A stretch of 64,000 nt of DNA from an uncultured Candidatus Saccharibacteria bacterium (GCA_965230955.1 OZ246404.1:97184-161183), one strand, 5' to 3'. Positions 43,302 through 54,065 are shown, counted from the first letter of the stretch. Program-made: numbers and translations. The notes: generated from the sequence alone by a model not told the origin.

Positions 43302-44831
43302 ATGCCTATCAAACTCTACTCGGCTGCGGTAGTGGGTCTCGAGGCGCAGCCAATCGAAGTCGAAGTTGACGTTGATTATCGTTGCCACCCTGGCTTTGTC
43401 ATTGTCGGTTTGCCGGACAAGGCGGTGAGCGAAGCGAAGGATCGGGTTCTCGCCGCGTTTCGAAATACTGTCAGCCCCAGTCCGTACAAAAAAATTACGG
43501 TCAATTTGGCTCCGGCGGATTTGCGTAAGGAAGGTCCCGGTTTCGATCTGCCGATTGCCGTCGGTTTGCTGGCTATGTTTGGCGAGGTGGATCTCAGTAA
43601 TTGGCAGAAGAGTATTTTTATCGGCGAATTGGCGCTGAATGGCACGCTTCATTCTACCGCCGGTGTTTTGCCGATAGCTATGATGGCTCGGCAATGCGGC
43701 TTCCGGCAAGTATTTGTCCCGCAGGAAAATGCGGCCGAGGCGGCGCTGGTGGATGGGGTAGACGTGTATGGGATGAAAAGCTTGAGGGAAATACATGATC
43801 ATCTCAACGGCGTTTCGGTGGTGAAGCCGCAGGCTCGGGGCAATATCGATCGGGCCAGAGACGAGGCGGGGACTGATTTCTCTGATATCCGCGGACAAGC
43901 TCAATCCAAACGAGCGTTACAGATTGTCGCCGCCGGAGCGCATAACGTATTGCTGAGCGGTCCGCCCGGCTCGGGCAAGACGATGCTGGCCCGCACTCTG
44001 CCGTCAATTATGCCGCCTCTGGTAATTGAAGAAGCTTTGGAAGTGACGAAAATTCACAGTATCGCCGGCCTGGTGCGCGCCGACACGCCGCTGATTGCTT
44101 GGCGTCCTTTTCGTACGCCTCACCATACGGCCTCAAGCGTGGCGTTAGTCGGCGGCGGAACGTGGCCGCGTCCGGGCGAGATCAGCTTGGCACATCGCGG
44201 TGTATTGTTTCTGGATGAATTTCCGGAGTTTCCCCGGCCTGTCTTGGAGGCGTTGCGTCAGCCGCTGGAAGATCATGTGGTCACCATCTCGCGGGCGCAG
44301 GGGACGCTGACTTTTCCCGCCCAATTTATCTTGGTGGCGGCGCAGAATCCATGCCAATGCGGATATGCCGGCGATCCCGAGCGCGAATGCGTGTGTACGC
44401 CCTTGCAGGTGGCTAACTATCAAAAAAGGCTTTCTGGTCCGCTCCTTGATCGGATCGATCTGCATTTGACGGTGCCGCGGGTGAAAGTGGAGGAACTCAC
44501 CGATTCGAGCCGTGGAAAAAATACGGCGGAAACATCGCAGAATATTCGCGCGCGAGTATTATCCGCGCGGCAAATTCAGTCACGACGTTTTGCCGGTTTG
44601 CCAGCGAGTACCAATTCGGAAATGGGCACGCGCGAGGTGAAGAAGTTTTGTCCGGTTGATCAGGCGACGATAACTTTACTGCAAAAGGCGATCGTCCAGC
44701 TGCATCTTTCCGCGCGCAGTTATTTCCGGATATTGAAAGTCGCGCGTACCATCGCGGATCTCGAAGGCGAAAAAAAAATCCGTCTCGAGCACGTGGCCGA
44801 GGCGTTGCAGTATCGGGGGAGCCAGGGGTGA
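43302..44831 (+). CDS. comM: YifB/ComM-family Mg-chelatase-like AAA+ ATPase
   Basis: N-terminal Lon-like domain (KLYSAAVVGLEAQPIEVEVDV), Walker A LLSGPPGSGKTMLA, C-terminal winged helix; 509 aa. Confidence 0.85.
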   Translation: MPIKLYSAAVVGLEAQPIEVEVDVDYRCHPGFVIVGLPDKAVSEAKDRVLAAFRNTVSPSPYKKITVNLAPADLRKEGPGFDLPIAVGLLAMFGEVDLSNWQKSIFIGELALNGTLHSTAGVLPIAMMARQCGFRQVFVPQENAAEAALVDGVDVYGMKSLREIHDHLNGVSVVKPQARGNIDRARDEAGTDFSDIRGQAQSKRALQIVAAGAHNVLLSGPPGSGKTMLARTLPSIMPPLVIEEALEVTKIHSIAGLVRADTPLIAWRPFRTPHHTASSVALVGGGTWPRPGEISLAHRGVLFLDEFPEFPRPVLEALRQPLEDHVVTISRAQGTLTFPAQFILVAAQNPCQCGYAGDPERECVCTPLQVANYQKRLSGPLLDRIDLHLTVPRVKVEELTDSSRGKNTAETSQNIRARVLSARQIQSRRFAGLPASTNSEMGTREVKKFCPVDQATITLLQKAIVQLHLSARSYFRILKVARTIADLEGEKKIRLEHVAEALQYRGSQG

Positions 44832-45327
44832 ATTTCTAATTGATATAATTGACCTAAGTGTTCTAAACAATAGCCAATGTCGAACAATAATGACAATTTT
44901 TTTGCTCATTTGGATATGATTATCAGGCAGGGGTGGCCTTAAGGCCACCCCTGTGGGATCCGGAAAACAAAAAAACCGCCTGCTGGGCGGTATTTAATCG
45001 AAATGTTTTTTAGCGATATCTGCGGCGGGAAAGCGCGATCAATAACTTCAAATGCCCCAGCGCGGTCTGGGTGGTTTTCCGGGGAGTAAGAGGCGTTTTG
45101 ACTTTGGTCGCGCCGCTTAATCCTTTTTCACGAAGATATGAATCGACGTCAATCTTGAACAAGTAATTTTTTTTATTTACTGTTTCAGTATAGCACCGGA
45201 AAATATTTTCTCCAAGGGGATAAGTTTTTTCGACTCGGCCGACTCGCTCCGGGCGGGGCAGAAAACTTTACTCCGACATAAACAAACAACCCCCGACGAC
45301 GAGGGTTGTTTTATCGGCCAAAAAATT

Positions 45328-46512
45328 TTAGTAGATGAAACCTTTGACGCGACCGTTACTCGGACTAATGGTCCGAGTGCTGGTTTTGCCAAATCCGGCG
45401 TAGTTCATTTCAGAGACGACTGCCGAACCATCAGGATTGACTTTCTCAACGTAACCAACATGTCCCCAGCCACTCTCATTGGTAACCATGATAGCGCCCG
45501 CTTTTGGGGCACTACCGGTTGCTTTGCCTTGGGCCTTGGCATTGTTCAACCAGGTGCCGGCGTTTCCTCGCCAGGTAACGTCACCTCGTTTTTTAGCTAC
45601 ATAGTACGTACAGTAACCGGCAGGGAAACCGTTGTAACTGCCACCGCTAGTAATACTGCGACTGACATTCCGGCTGGTTGAAGCACTGGAAGATGTCCGG
45701 CTGTAGGAAGTTTTCGTGCTGGAGCGACTGGCGGAAGCGAGTCGGCGAGTCTGAGTGGTGGCTGGCTGTTCAACCGGTTTGTCGGGGAGCTGACCATTGA
45801 AAACCACAATCAATTGTCCGGGCTGGACTGTCCCGTCTTCCGGGAGATTATTTCCTTCGATAATTTTTTGGATATTAGTGGCTCCGTAACGTTGGGCAAT
45901 CTGGGACAGACTCTGGCCTTCGGCCACTTTGTGGATGGGGCTATTGGAACTGGGGATGCTGATTTTTTGTCCGGGCTTCACCATTTCATCCCATTTGGCG
46001 TCGGCCAGCAAAGTTTGCGGGCTGAGACCGAATTTTCGGGCGATGCTGGAAAGAGTTTCACCGGGCTGAACTGTATAAGTAAACATGGCGGCGGGGCGCT
46101 CTACCGTATAAGCGGTGGGCGCGGCTTCAACTTCGGGTGGAAGCACCGAGGCTTCGGTCATCGGATTGGTGTAAACAACGCTGGACATAGCGATACTTTC
46201 AGTATTGAGAGCGGCATTATCAACGGCTGTTTTGGATACGCTGGTCAAACTGGCGGTATCTTCGTGAATCAATTTTTTGGGATCGCCGGCTTTGACCACT
46301 TCCAATTGATCGGATCGGCTGGCAAAAAAACCAAACAAGGCACTGCTTTCATCGGTATTCAACGCGTTGGCGCTGACTGAATTGGCGTTGAAAATGGCGA
46401 CTCCGACACCCAAAACCAACAAGATAGCCGGAATAATGAAAACTTTAGGATTACTTTTCAGTGTAGCGAAAAATCCCCGGAAGAAATTTGGTAAATGAGG
46501 TGATTTCTTCAC
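45328..46512 (-). CDS. secreted LysM-LysM-CHAP peptidoglycan hydrolase
   Basis: Signal/TM; two LysM motifs (YTVQPGETLSSIARKFGLS; HKVAEGQSLSQIAQRYGAT); C-terminal CHAP (GYCTYYVAKKR ... GHVGYVEKV). Confidence 0.75.
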   Translation of the reverse strand: MKKSPHLPNFFRGFFATLKSNPKVFIIPAILLVLGVGVAIFNANSVSANALNTDESSALFGFFASRSDQLEVVKAGDPKKLIHEDTASLTSVSKTAVDNAALNTESIAMSSVVYTNPMTEASVLPPEVEAAPTAYTVERPAAMFTYTVQPGETLSSIARKFGLSPQTLLADAKWDEMVKPGQKISIPSSNSPIHKVAEGQSLSQIAQRYGATNIQKIIEGNNLPEDGTVQPGQLIVVFNGQLPDKPVEQPATTQTRRLASASRSSTKTSYSRTSSSASTSRNVSRSITSGGSYNGFPAGYCTYYVAKKRGDVTWRGNAGTWLNNAKAQGKATGSAPKAGAIMVTNESGWGHVGYVEKVNPDGSAVVSEMNYAGFGKTSTRTISPSNGRVKGFIY

Positions 46513-46601
46513 CGGGGGTGTCAGTAATTTGTTTGAGATAGCCAGTTTTCGAATAAGAGTGAACCAATAAGGCGAATAAGATTTTATCTCGTGCGATTTT
46601 T

Positions 46602-46629
46602 AGTGTAACAAGCGCGCGCTCTTTGTCAA
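46602..46629 (-). promoter_or_regulatory. sigma70-like promoter TTGACA-16-TACACT (minus strand) ~100 nt upstream of the LysM-CHAP gene
   Basis: Rev-comp boxes at 46624-46629 and 46602-46607. Confidence 0.4.
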
Positions 46630-46865
46630 TCATCGACGGCCTTTGACCTAGCTCTAGCCCAATGCGAGTACAATAGCGATCAAAAAAGTCTTAAAATAAG
46701 GGTTTGTTGTCCACAGGGGAGGAAAAGTCTTTAGTCTTTGGTCTATTGTCTTTAGACTCGTACTTAGGCCGGTGCTGTAGTTATCTCCCAAGTATCAATC
46801 TAGGGCGGCTATAGACTATAGACTAAAGACTTTTTCTAAAACGAAAACCCCCCTGTCCGCCGTCT

Positions 46866-46912
46866 GCCGAATCGGCAGAGGCGGACACGAGGGGGTTATC
46901 GTTATCTAATCG
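46866..46912 (-). terminator. GC hairpin (gtccgccgtctgccgaatcggcagaggcggac) + T-run on the minus strand, terminator of the 46913 gene
   Basis: Hairpin shares the ccgaatcgg loop with other GC mini-hairpins in the window. Confidence 0.5.
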
Positions 46913-47650
46913 TTACTTCTGAATGAAGGTAACGATTTTGGGATCGTTGATGTTGAGCGTTCGTTCGCTGACAACACCGCGTCCCTTATAGTTCATTTCG
47001 CTGATTGTGACTTGATTGCCTTTCACTTCTTTCACGTAGGCGACGTGACCGTAAGAACTTTCACGGGTTTGAACGATTGATCCGGCCGCGGCGTATTCTT
47101 TGCCAACTTTGTGGCCATTGGCCGCAGCATTGCTACCCCAGGCTTTGGCGTTTCCGCGCCAGTCGACCCAGCCGGTTTGGCGGGCCGCCCAGTCGGTGCA
47201 ATAACCGGAGGCAAACGTGTTATTTCGGGTAGAACTGGTTGAACGAGCGGTGGAAGTGACCAAACGAGCACTAGACGCAATGCGTCGCGTGGCTGTCGTT
47301 GATTGCTTCGCCGCCGCTTCTTCAGCCGCGGTGTCGGTCGTGCGGGTGATCGCTTTGACTGTCAAAGCGGTCTGATCGCCGCTAGCGACTTTGGTCGCGG
47401 GCACGGTAGTGGTTGTCACGTTGACCGCCGAGGCGAAAGCCGTCGGGGTCGGCGTGATAGTGGCGGAGTTTTTGACGGTGACATCGTTGCCGATGTTTTT
47501 GACCGTCTGCTCATCCGCCAGCGCGGTGTGCGTGAAGGTAACGGTGACAACTAACGCCAGTAACAGTGTTAAGGTATGGCGCCAACTGTACCCGAAGAAA
47601 TTCTTTAATTTGGTAAGATCGTTTTGGTGTGTTTTTGAAAACTTCTTCAC
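46913..47650 (-). CDS. secreted CHAP-domain protein (Thr/Ala-rich linker), paralogue of the 45328 gene
   Basis: TM/signal; FASGYCTDWAARQTGW ... GHVAYVKEV CHAP pattern. Confidence 0.7.
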   Translation of the reverse strand: MKKFSKTHQNDLTKLKNFFGYSWRHTLTLLLALVVTVTFTHTALADEQTVKNIGNDVTVKNSATITPTPTAFASAVNVTTTTVPATKVASGDQTALTVKAITRTTDTAAEEAAAKQSTTATRRIASSARLVTSTARSTSSTRNNTFASGYCTDWAARQTGWVDWRGNAKAWGSNAAANGHKVGKEYAAAGSIVQTRESSYGHVAYVKEVKGNQVTISEMNYKGRGVVSERTLNINDPKIVTFIQK

Positions 47651-48060
47651 AGAGGTAATAAGTGAGAGAAGATGTTTTCGAATAATGTTTCACCCTTGTT
47701 TAATGATGTTCTGACCTTTTATAAAAGCCTAGCTTCGACAGGCTCAGCTTGGACTTTTGATCCTAGGTAAGCGTCGAAACCGGGCTTATTCAAAGGCAGA
47801 CCCGGCATTGTATCATACTTCGATAATCTTGTCAAGGGGCTGTGGTGGCTTATTTAAGCCAAAGTTTATATGGCTCCAAAGGCTTAAATAAGGCTTTTCC
47901 ATCCAACTTCGCCCCTCGAAAACTCGGGGCTTCGCGGTATTTCCGCATCGTTGAGCCATTTTAATACCTGATTTGGCGTTGGCTCCAACAAAAAAGCACC
48001 ACGTTTGCGATGCTTCTGGATGAGTCTATCAGATGGCAGGGAAGTGTCAAGAGGAAGGGG

Positions 48061-48232
48061 GCTTGGGGAAGTTTAAAGCTAAAAGCCTAAAATGCAAAAG
48101 AAATCTAAGGTTGAAAGTTAAAACTGTCGCTAGTCATTAGTTTTGAATTTTTGGCTTTTAATTTCCTTTGAATTTTAGTCTTTTAACTTTAAACTTTTCT
48201 ACAGTATTGTTACAATACCCTGACTAACTAAT
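48061..48232. repeat. long AT-rich imperfect palindrome (~55 nt arms)
   Basis: gtttaaagctaaaagcctaaaatgcaaaagaaatctaagg ... ccttTgaattttagtcttttaactttaaac. Confidence 0.6.
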
Positions 48233-48236
48233 TCTC

Positions 48237-49067
48237 ATGATCTCATCTCGCGAAAATGTCGGGCCCGAATCGATTGAGGGGCAAAAGGAATTCAAGGAAC
48301 ACCGGCGTCCGGTAGATTTTGGGTTCGCGACTCAGATTGGCGGCCGGCATGAGCGACAGGGACGGGAGAACGAAGATTCGCTATTTATCGCCAGTCCGGG
48401 GAGCGAACGTCTGATCATGGCGGTAGCCGATGGGATGAGCGGGCACGCGCAGGGGAAAGAAGCATCCGCCCGGGCAATCCAAGCGTTAATTGAGACCATG
48501 GGTGATTCAGCCGAGGACGTCACTGATCATGATTTGTGTCAGGCTATCCAAAAGGCGGATCAAGCAGTCAGGACATTGCGCCCAAAATTACTAAATATCG
48601 AAAATGAAAAGGGCTTTCCGGGGACCACTATGGTAGTTCTGGCAGAAATAGAAAAACCGAGTGGTCGGGACTGGTTGATCGCTAATGTGGGTGATTCTCG
48701 GGCTTATCGGATTCATGACGGTCAGGTAGAACAGCTAACGATCGATCAGACCGTCTTGGAAAAATATCGGGCGATGGGGCGTAAAGCTCCGGCCGATATA
48801 GCTAATCGGCTGACTTCATGTTTGGGCGGAGATAAAAGTGAATTTAATATGGATTCGATCGATCTTTTTCCGGTGGCGCCCGAACCGGGGGATGTGATCA
48901 TGCTGGCCAGTGATGGTCTGGAAAGCGGCGGGGCTGTTTCGCGCCAAGAAATGGCGCAAATAGCCGGTGATCCTGACGTCTCCGCCAGCCAGATGGCGGA
49001 CAATCTGGCTCTGGCCGCCGCCGGGCCGAATTCCGATGATGTTTCGGTAATCGTGATCAAATTTTAA
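48237..49067 (+). CDS. PP2C-family Ser/Thr protein phosphatase
   Basis: EDSLFIA ... MAVADGMSGH ... GTTMVVL ... ANVGDSRAY ... LASDGL motifs. Confidence 0.8.
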   Translation: MISSRENVGPESIEGQKEFKEHRRPVDFGFATQIGGRHERQGRENEDSLFIASPGSERLIMAVADGMSGHAQGKEASARAIQALIETMGDSAEDVTDHDLCQAIQKADQAVRTLRPKLLNIENEKGFPGTTMVVLAEIEKPSGRDWLIANVGDSRAYRIHDGQVEQLTIDQTVLEKYRAMGRKAPADIANRLTSCLGGDKSEFNMDSIDLFPVAPEPGDVIMLASDGLESGGAVSRQEMAQIAGDPDVSASQMADNLALAAAGPNSDDVSVIVIKF

Positions 49068-51326
49068 ATGACCCTGATATTAGACAAGCTGAATACCGCC
49101 CAACGGCAAGCCGTGACAACAGTTGACGGCCCTGTTTTAATTTTAGCCGGCGCCGGTTCGGGTAAAACCAGAGCGTTGACGCATCGGATTGCTTTTTTGA
49201 TCGGGGAGAAGCAAATCGCTCCTTATAATCTTTTGGCGGTGACCTTTACCAATAAGGCGGCAGGTGAGATGAAGGAACGGGTAAAACAATTGCTCGGTAG
49301 CACCGCCCGGGGAGTGCCCACGATCGGCACTTTTCATTCGGTCTGTGTGCGGATCCTGCGCCAGGAAATCGAAGTCCTCGGCTTCAAACGGCAGTTTGTC
49401 ATTTACGACGACTCGGATACGCTGGCCGCGATAAAAAAATCCTTGCTTGATCTGGAGCTTGATCCCAAGGAGTTCAATCCCCGCGCGGTGCGGGAGCTTA
49501 TCTCTTCGGCTAAAAACGAGCTGGTGACGCCACAGCAATACGAAGAAACCGCCTCCGGACTGATTCAAGAGACGGCGGCACGCGTGTATTTCCGCTATCA
49601 AAAATTTCTAAAAGACAGTAATGCGCTGGATTTTGATGATTTGCTGATGAAAACAGTGGAACTTTTCCAAAAATTTCCGGAACTGCTGGAAAAATATCGC
49701 CGCCACTGGCGCTATATTTTGGTTGACGAATACCAAGATACCAATAAATCCCAATATGTTTTCGTGAATCTGCTGGCGCAAAAACATAAAAATCTTTGCG
49801 TCGTCGGCGACGACTGGCAATCGATTTATAGCTGGCGTGGAGCCGACATCCGAAATATCTTGGAATTTGAAAAAGATTATCCGGAAGCCAAGGTGGTGAT
49901 GCTGGAACAAAACTATCGTTCCACTAAAAATATTTTGCGTGCGGCGCAGGAGGTGATCGCGGCCAACGTGAACAAAAAAGACAAAAACCTCTGGACGGAA
50001 AACGAGGCCGGCGATCCGGTGCGACTCTATGAGGCGTCGGATGAGCGCGATGAGGCGCGTTATATCATCGATAAAATGCGGGAATATCGGCGCCTGGGAC
50101 ACGCCAACCGGTCGATGGCCGTGCTCTATCGGACCAATGCCCAATCGCGCGTTTTGGAAGAAGCGCTGTTGCGCGCGGCTATTCCATATAACATTGTCGG
50201 CGCTCTGAAATTTTATCAGCGCAAAGAGATAAAGGATATTTTGGCTTATTTGCGCCTGGTGGCCGGCGGAAATGATTTTATTTCTTTTTCCCGGATTATT
50301 AATGAGCCCAGCCGCGGCGTGGGCGAAAAAACTTTGGCCAAAATCGATCAGCTGGCCGAAGCGCAAGGATTGGCGCCGGCGATCAAAAAAATCGTCGGCA
50401 GCCAGGAAATATCGTCCGGTGACGGTTCGGTGCCGTGGCGTTTGCCGCCTCGGGCGAGAGCCGGGTTGACCGATTTGCAAAATTTATTTGATCAAGCTCG
50501 GAAGTATTTGGCCGACCATACTATCGGGGAGTTGATCGATCATGTGGCGGTATCGTCCGGGTACAAAAAGATGATTCTGGATGGAACTGAGGAAGGAGAG
50601 GCGCGGTGGGAAAACATTCAGGAACTAAAAAGCGTGGCCGGCAAGTATGATGCTTCGCGCGGAGCCGAGTCTTTGGAAAAATTTTTAGAAGAAGTGGCTT
50701 TGGTCCAAGAGCTTGATCGCCTGGATGAATCGACCGATGCCGTCACGCTAATGACGGTGCATTCGGCCAAAGGACTGGAGTATCCGCTGGTTTTCATAAT
50801 CGGACTGGAAGAAGGACTGTTTCCCCATGCGCGCAGTTATCTAGACCCCTCGGCGCTGGAAGAAGAGCGCCGGCTGTGCTACGTGGGTATGACGCGGGCC
50901 AAACAACGTTTATTTTTATCGTATGCCGTTTCGCGAAAAATCTACGGTTCGGTGCAATTCAATTTGCCGTCGCAATTTTTGGAAATTACCAATTTGGAAA
51001 GAGAGCCCTCGGCCCTTCGACCAGCTCAGGGCTCAGTCTGGGGTTCTTCGGGAACCTCAAGCTTTGGCCATTCGGCGACCTCAGATCGGAGTCACTCGGA
51101 AAAATATTCGGGCACTTCATTTGATGATATATCGACTCCGGATCGCTCAGCTGACCGCCGATTCGGCGGGGAGGAATTCTCGGAGTTTTCTTCTTCGAGC
51201 TCCGGTACGACGAAAAATAAAAAACCGCGTCAGCGCCCTTCGAAAAGCTCAGGGCGGAGCGGGGGAATTTTGGATCAGATTATTGAGGAAAAGGGAGGAA
51301 TGAGGTATGAGCAGGTGGACGAGTGA
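49068..51326 (+). CDS. pcrA: UvrD/PcrA-family ATP-dependent DNA helicase with acidic/Ser-rich C-terminal tail
   Basis: LNTAQRQAVTTVDGPVLILAGAGSGKTRALTHRIAFL; TFTNKAAGEM; YRST; VLYRTNAQSR; GLEYPLVFI. Confidence 0.9.
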   Translation: MTLILDKLNTAQRQAVTTVDGPVLILAGAGSGKTRALTHRIAFLIGEKQIAPYNLLAVTFTNKAAGEMKERVKQLLGSTARGVPTIGTFHSVCVRILRQEIEVLGFKRQFVIYDDSDTLAAIKKSLLDLELDPKEFNPRAVRELISSAKNELVTPQQYEETASGLIQETAARVYFRYQKFLKDSNALDFDDLLMKTVELFQKFPELLEKYRRHWRYILVDEYQDTNKSQYVFVNLLAQKHKNLCVVGDDWQSIYSWRGADIRNILEFEKDYPEAKVVMLEQNYRSTKNILRAAQEVIAANVNKKDKNLWTENEAGDPVRLYEASDERDEARYIIDKMREYRRLGHANRSMAVLYRTNAQSRVLEEALLRAAIPYNIVGALKFYQRKEIKDILAYLRLVAGGNDFISFSRIINEPSRGVGEKTLAKIDQLAEAQGLAPAIKKIVGSQEISSGDGSVPWRLPPRARAGLTDLQNLFDQARKYLADHTIGELIDHVAVSSGYKKMILDGTEEGEARWENIQELKSVAGKYDASRGAESLEKFLEEVALVQELDRLDESTDAVTLMTVHSAKGLEYPLVFIIGLEEGLFPHARSYLDPSALEEERRLCYVGMTRAKQRLFLSYAVSRKIYGSVQFNLPSQFLEITNLEREPSALRPAQGSVWGSSGTSSFGHSATSDRSHSEKYSGTSFDDISTPDRSADRRFGGEEFSEFSSSSSGTTKNKKPRQRPSKSSGRSGGILDQIIEEKGGMRYEQVDE

Positions 51327-51330
51327 GAAC

Positions 51331-51465
51331 GAAATTTAAAATCAAAAGACATAAAATTTAAAAGAAATTTAAAGTTTAAAATCTAAAACGCCATAAGCTA
51401 AGATTTTAAACTTTTGCTTTTGAATTTCTTTTAAATTTTAAACTTTTATTTTTAAAATTTCAGAA
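51331..51465. repeat. long AT-rich imperfect palindrome between convergent genes
   Basis: gaaatttaaaatcaaaagacataaaatttaaaagaaattt ... aaatttcttttaaattttaaacttttatttttaaaatttc. Confidence 0.6.
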
Positions 51466-53043
51466 CGCTATCAGGTATACGAGAAACACGTAGATAAACA
51501 TCATCCCGAATACCCAAAGCTCACGACTGCGTTTGTCGAGGATGATAAATATTTCCGCGACGCCAAAGGCGAGTGACACCCAGAGCAAGTCGGAGCGCCG
51601 GAGCAGGATCGGGAAAAGCATAATCGCCGCAAAAGCCATCAAGGCAATGATCAGTTTGCCTTTTTTTAATCCCCAAACGGTCAAAACCGTGTAAGCCTGG
51701 CCGACTTTGTCGCCGGCGTAATCCTTCAGATCTTTGACGCTGGCCAGCAGGGTGGTGGCGGCGAAAACCAAGAGACTGATGGCCGGAGGCAGATTGATAA
51801 TCGTATTGTTGGCATTAAACATCAGGTAGCCGGCGACAAACATCAGGGCTCCGGTCGCGCCCATGGCCAGATTGGAGATGAATAGCCATTTTTTCAGGCG
51901 CAAGGGCGGAGTGGAATAAAGATAGCCGATGGCCAAGATGACCAAGAAAATAAAAAATACTTTGTACCCCAGCACAAAAGAACTGAAAAAAGTAATCAGT
52001 CCGGCGACGATAGACAGATTCACCATCTCGGCCGGAGAAATAATTCCGCGGGGGATCGGTCGGCCGGGATTGGTGACGCTATCGATCCGGGCGTCGGCCA
52101 CATCATTTAGGAAAACGCCGAAAAGCCAGGAAAACAAAATGGCGCTGGCGACCGCGATTAAGGAGAGGATAAATTGAGGCGTAAATATTTCGGCGTTGTT
52201 CAATCGAGTAAAGGCAAAAAATCCGCCGGCGCCGAAAAGAAAAATTTGCGTCAGGAGTCTGGTCGGCCGGACAGACGTCATCAAGGCGGCGAGCTTGGCG
52301 GGAGCGATCAGGCGATAGAAAATCAAAACTTGTATCAGTAATAGCGGAATGAAAATTAGCGCAATTATAATACTCGAATAAACATTGGGGTCCTCGTAGG
52401 AAACCAGCAAGGAGTCGCGGGTGTTTGTCAGCCAATTGAGAATTTCCAGTGTGGTGACCGACCAAACGCCCTTTTGCAGGGAAATGATAACCATGGAGAC
52501 CAGCGAAATTATCGCCGTCAGGGCGAAAGAAACTACATAAAAAATCGCGCCGGCTAAAATTGTTTTCCAAATTTTCCTGGTTTTCAGGGCGACAAAAAAC
52601 ATCATGGCGGCGATCAGTAGAATCAATTGGATCCGCGCGCCCCAGGTGAGGCTCAGCTGGGAGGAATCAATCAGGAAAGTGAAAAATTTTTGTCCGACAT
52701 TGCCGGTATCGACCAGCAGAGCGGGGACAAACCATTTTTTATCCGAGAAAAGGTCGATCAATGGCGGAATGAAAATGACCAGAAACCCGAGGAGAGTAAA
52801 AGGAGCCAGATTTTTCAGCGGTAACTTGGTGAAAACGAAAAGCAAAATAAAAAATGCCAACAAGGCATTGAGATAAAATAATGGCGAGACTAGCAAGAGC
52901 GCGGTATAATTGGGAATATCAAAAATCGGGCTGGAAAATCCTTCCAGGAAAATGCGAATGATTACCAGCGCCGCGATTGTTCCCAAAAAGCGGGGAAATG
53001 TCAGCTGGATGGAATCAATTTTGGCGATAATTTTAGCAAACAT
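51460..53043 (-). CDS. polytopic membrane protein with C-terminal UbiA-family prenyltransferase-like domain
   Basis: 12 or more TM helices; NDVADARID (UbiA Asp-rich motif) in the C-terminal third. Confidence 0.5.
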   Translation of the reverse strand: MFAKIIAKIDSIQLTFPRFLGTIAALVIIRIFLEGFSSPIFDIPNYTALLLVSPLFYLNALLAFFILLFVFTKLPLKNLAPFTLLGFLVIFIPPLIDLFSDKKWFVPALLVDTGNVGQKFFTFLIDSSQLSLTWGARIQLILLIAAMMFFVALKTRKIWKTILAGAIFYVVSFALTAIISLVSMVIISLQKGVWSVTTLEILNWLTNTRDSLLVSYEDPNVYSSIIIALIFIPLLLIQVLIFYRLIAPAKLAALMTSVRPTRLLTQIFLFGAGGFFAFTRLNNAEIFTPQFILSLIAVASAILFSWLFGVFLNDVADARIDSVTNPGRPIPRGIISPAEMVNLSIVAGLITFFSSFVLGYKVFFIFLVILAIGYLYSTPPLRLKKWLFISNLAMGATGALMFVAGYLMFNANNTIINLPPAISLLVFAATTLLASVKDLKDYAGDKVGQAYTVLTVWGLKKGKLIIALMAFAAIMLFPILLRRSDLLWVSLAFGVAEIFIILDKRSRELWVFGMMFIYVFLVYLIAF

Positions 53044-53112
53044 GCTTCAGAGAGTATATTATATGGAGCATAGTCGCGCGATTCGATTTCAATTTTAGCA
53101 CGGTTTAATCAG

Positions 53113-53955
53113 ATGTCGAAGGAATTGAGGCAAAAAGCCATCGAAAAGCTGGCCGGCGCCAATTTACGCCGATTGGAGTCGCTTGGGCAGAATTTTTTAA
53201 TTGATAAGGAAATGATTTCCAGAATATGTCAAGCAGTGTTGGATTCCAAGCCGGATGTCGTACTGGAAATCGGCCCGGGGCTCGGGGCGGTCACTTTTGC
53301 GCTAGCTCCTGCGCTAAAACGACTGGTTGCCGTGGAGTTGGATCGTGGTCTGGCCGCTGGTTTAGCCAAGGAAGGCGTCCAAAACCTGGAAGTGGTCCAA
53401 GGTGATATAATCAAGCAAGATCTGGCAGAATTAGGCTTATTTAAGCGTAAATACACCGCTTTTGGCAGTTTGCCGTTTAATATGGGTACGGCGATAATCC
53501 GGTATTTGCTGGAAAATGAAAACCCGCCGAAAAAGCTTTATGTGATACTGCAACAAGAAGTAATTGACCGAATTTTGGCTAAAGATGGGCAAGAAACGAT
53601 ACTTTCGTTGGCGGTCCGGTTTTTCGGCTCACCTCAGCAGCTTCTCCGCATACCTCGATCGGCCTATCAGCCGATTCCCCGCGTTGATACAGGGTTACTG
53701 GTGATAGATTGCTCTGCGCCGCCGTCGGAACCGGCTCTGCAGAAGCCATTTTTTTCGCTTATTAAAGCGGGATTTTCAGCGCGGCGGAAGTTTTTGAGCG
53801 CGAATTTAGCTGCAAAGCTGAAAATACCGCGAAAAACCGTCAATCAAGCCTTAAAAGAGCTTCCAATCGACCCCAAAATACGAGCCGAAGCCTTGTCTTA
53901 CGCCGATTGGCTGAAATTGGCGCGTAATTCGATATTTCACCGGAATACGGGGTGA
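53113..53955 (+). CDS. rsmA: 16S rRNA (adenine1518/1519-N6)-dimethyltransferase
   Basis: GQNFLIDKEMISRI ... VLEIGPGLGAVTFAL ... NLPFNMGT motifs. Confidence 0.85.
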   Translation: MSKELRQKAIEKLAGANLRRLESLGQNFLIDKEMISRICQAVLDSKPDVVLEIGPGLGAVTFALAPALKRLVAVELDRGLAAGLAKEGVQNLEVVQGDIIKQDLAELGLFKRKYTAFGSLPFNMGTAIIRYLLENENPPKKLYVILQQEVIDRILAKDGQETILSLAVRFFGSPQQLLRIPRSAYQPIPRVDTGLLVIDCSAPPSEPALQKPFFSLIKAGFSARRKFLSANLAAKLKIPRKTVNQALKELPIDPKIRAEALSYADWLKLARNSIFHRNTG

Positions 53956-54065
53956 AAATACGTGCTAAAAATACCGGTAAATTGTGTGGAAAAGGCGAGT
54001 TAGGCACAGTTGCGGTTTATTGCCGATTACTTTATAATTAGGGGGATTCTTACCGAAATAAAAAC

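Noticed and set aside
45177-45392. 71 aa minus-strand ORF between comM and the LysM-CHAP gene
   Set aside because: Overlaps bidirectional terminator hairpins and the 3' end of the CHAP gene; no RBS or motif.
49608-50480. 290 aa minus-strand ORF
   Set aside because: Antisense to pcrA/uvrD; spurious.
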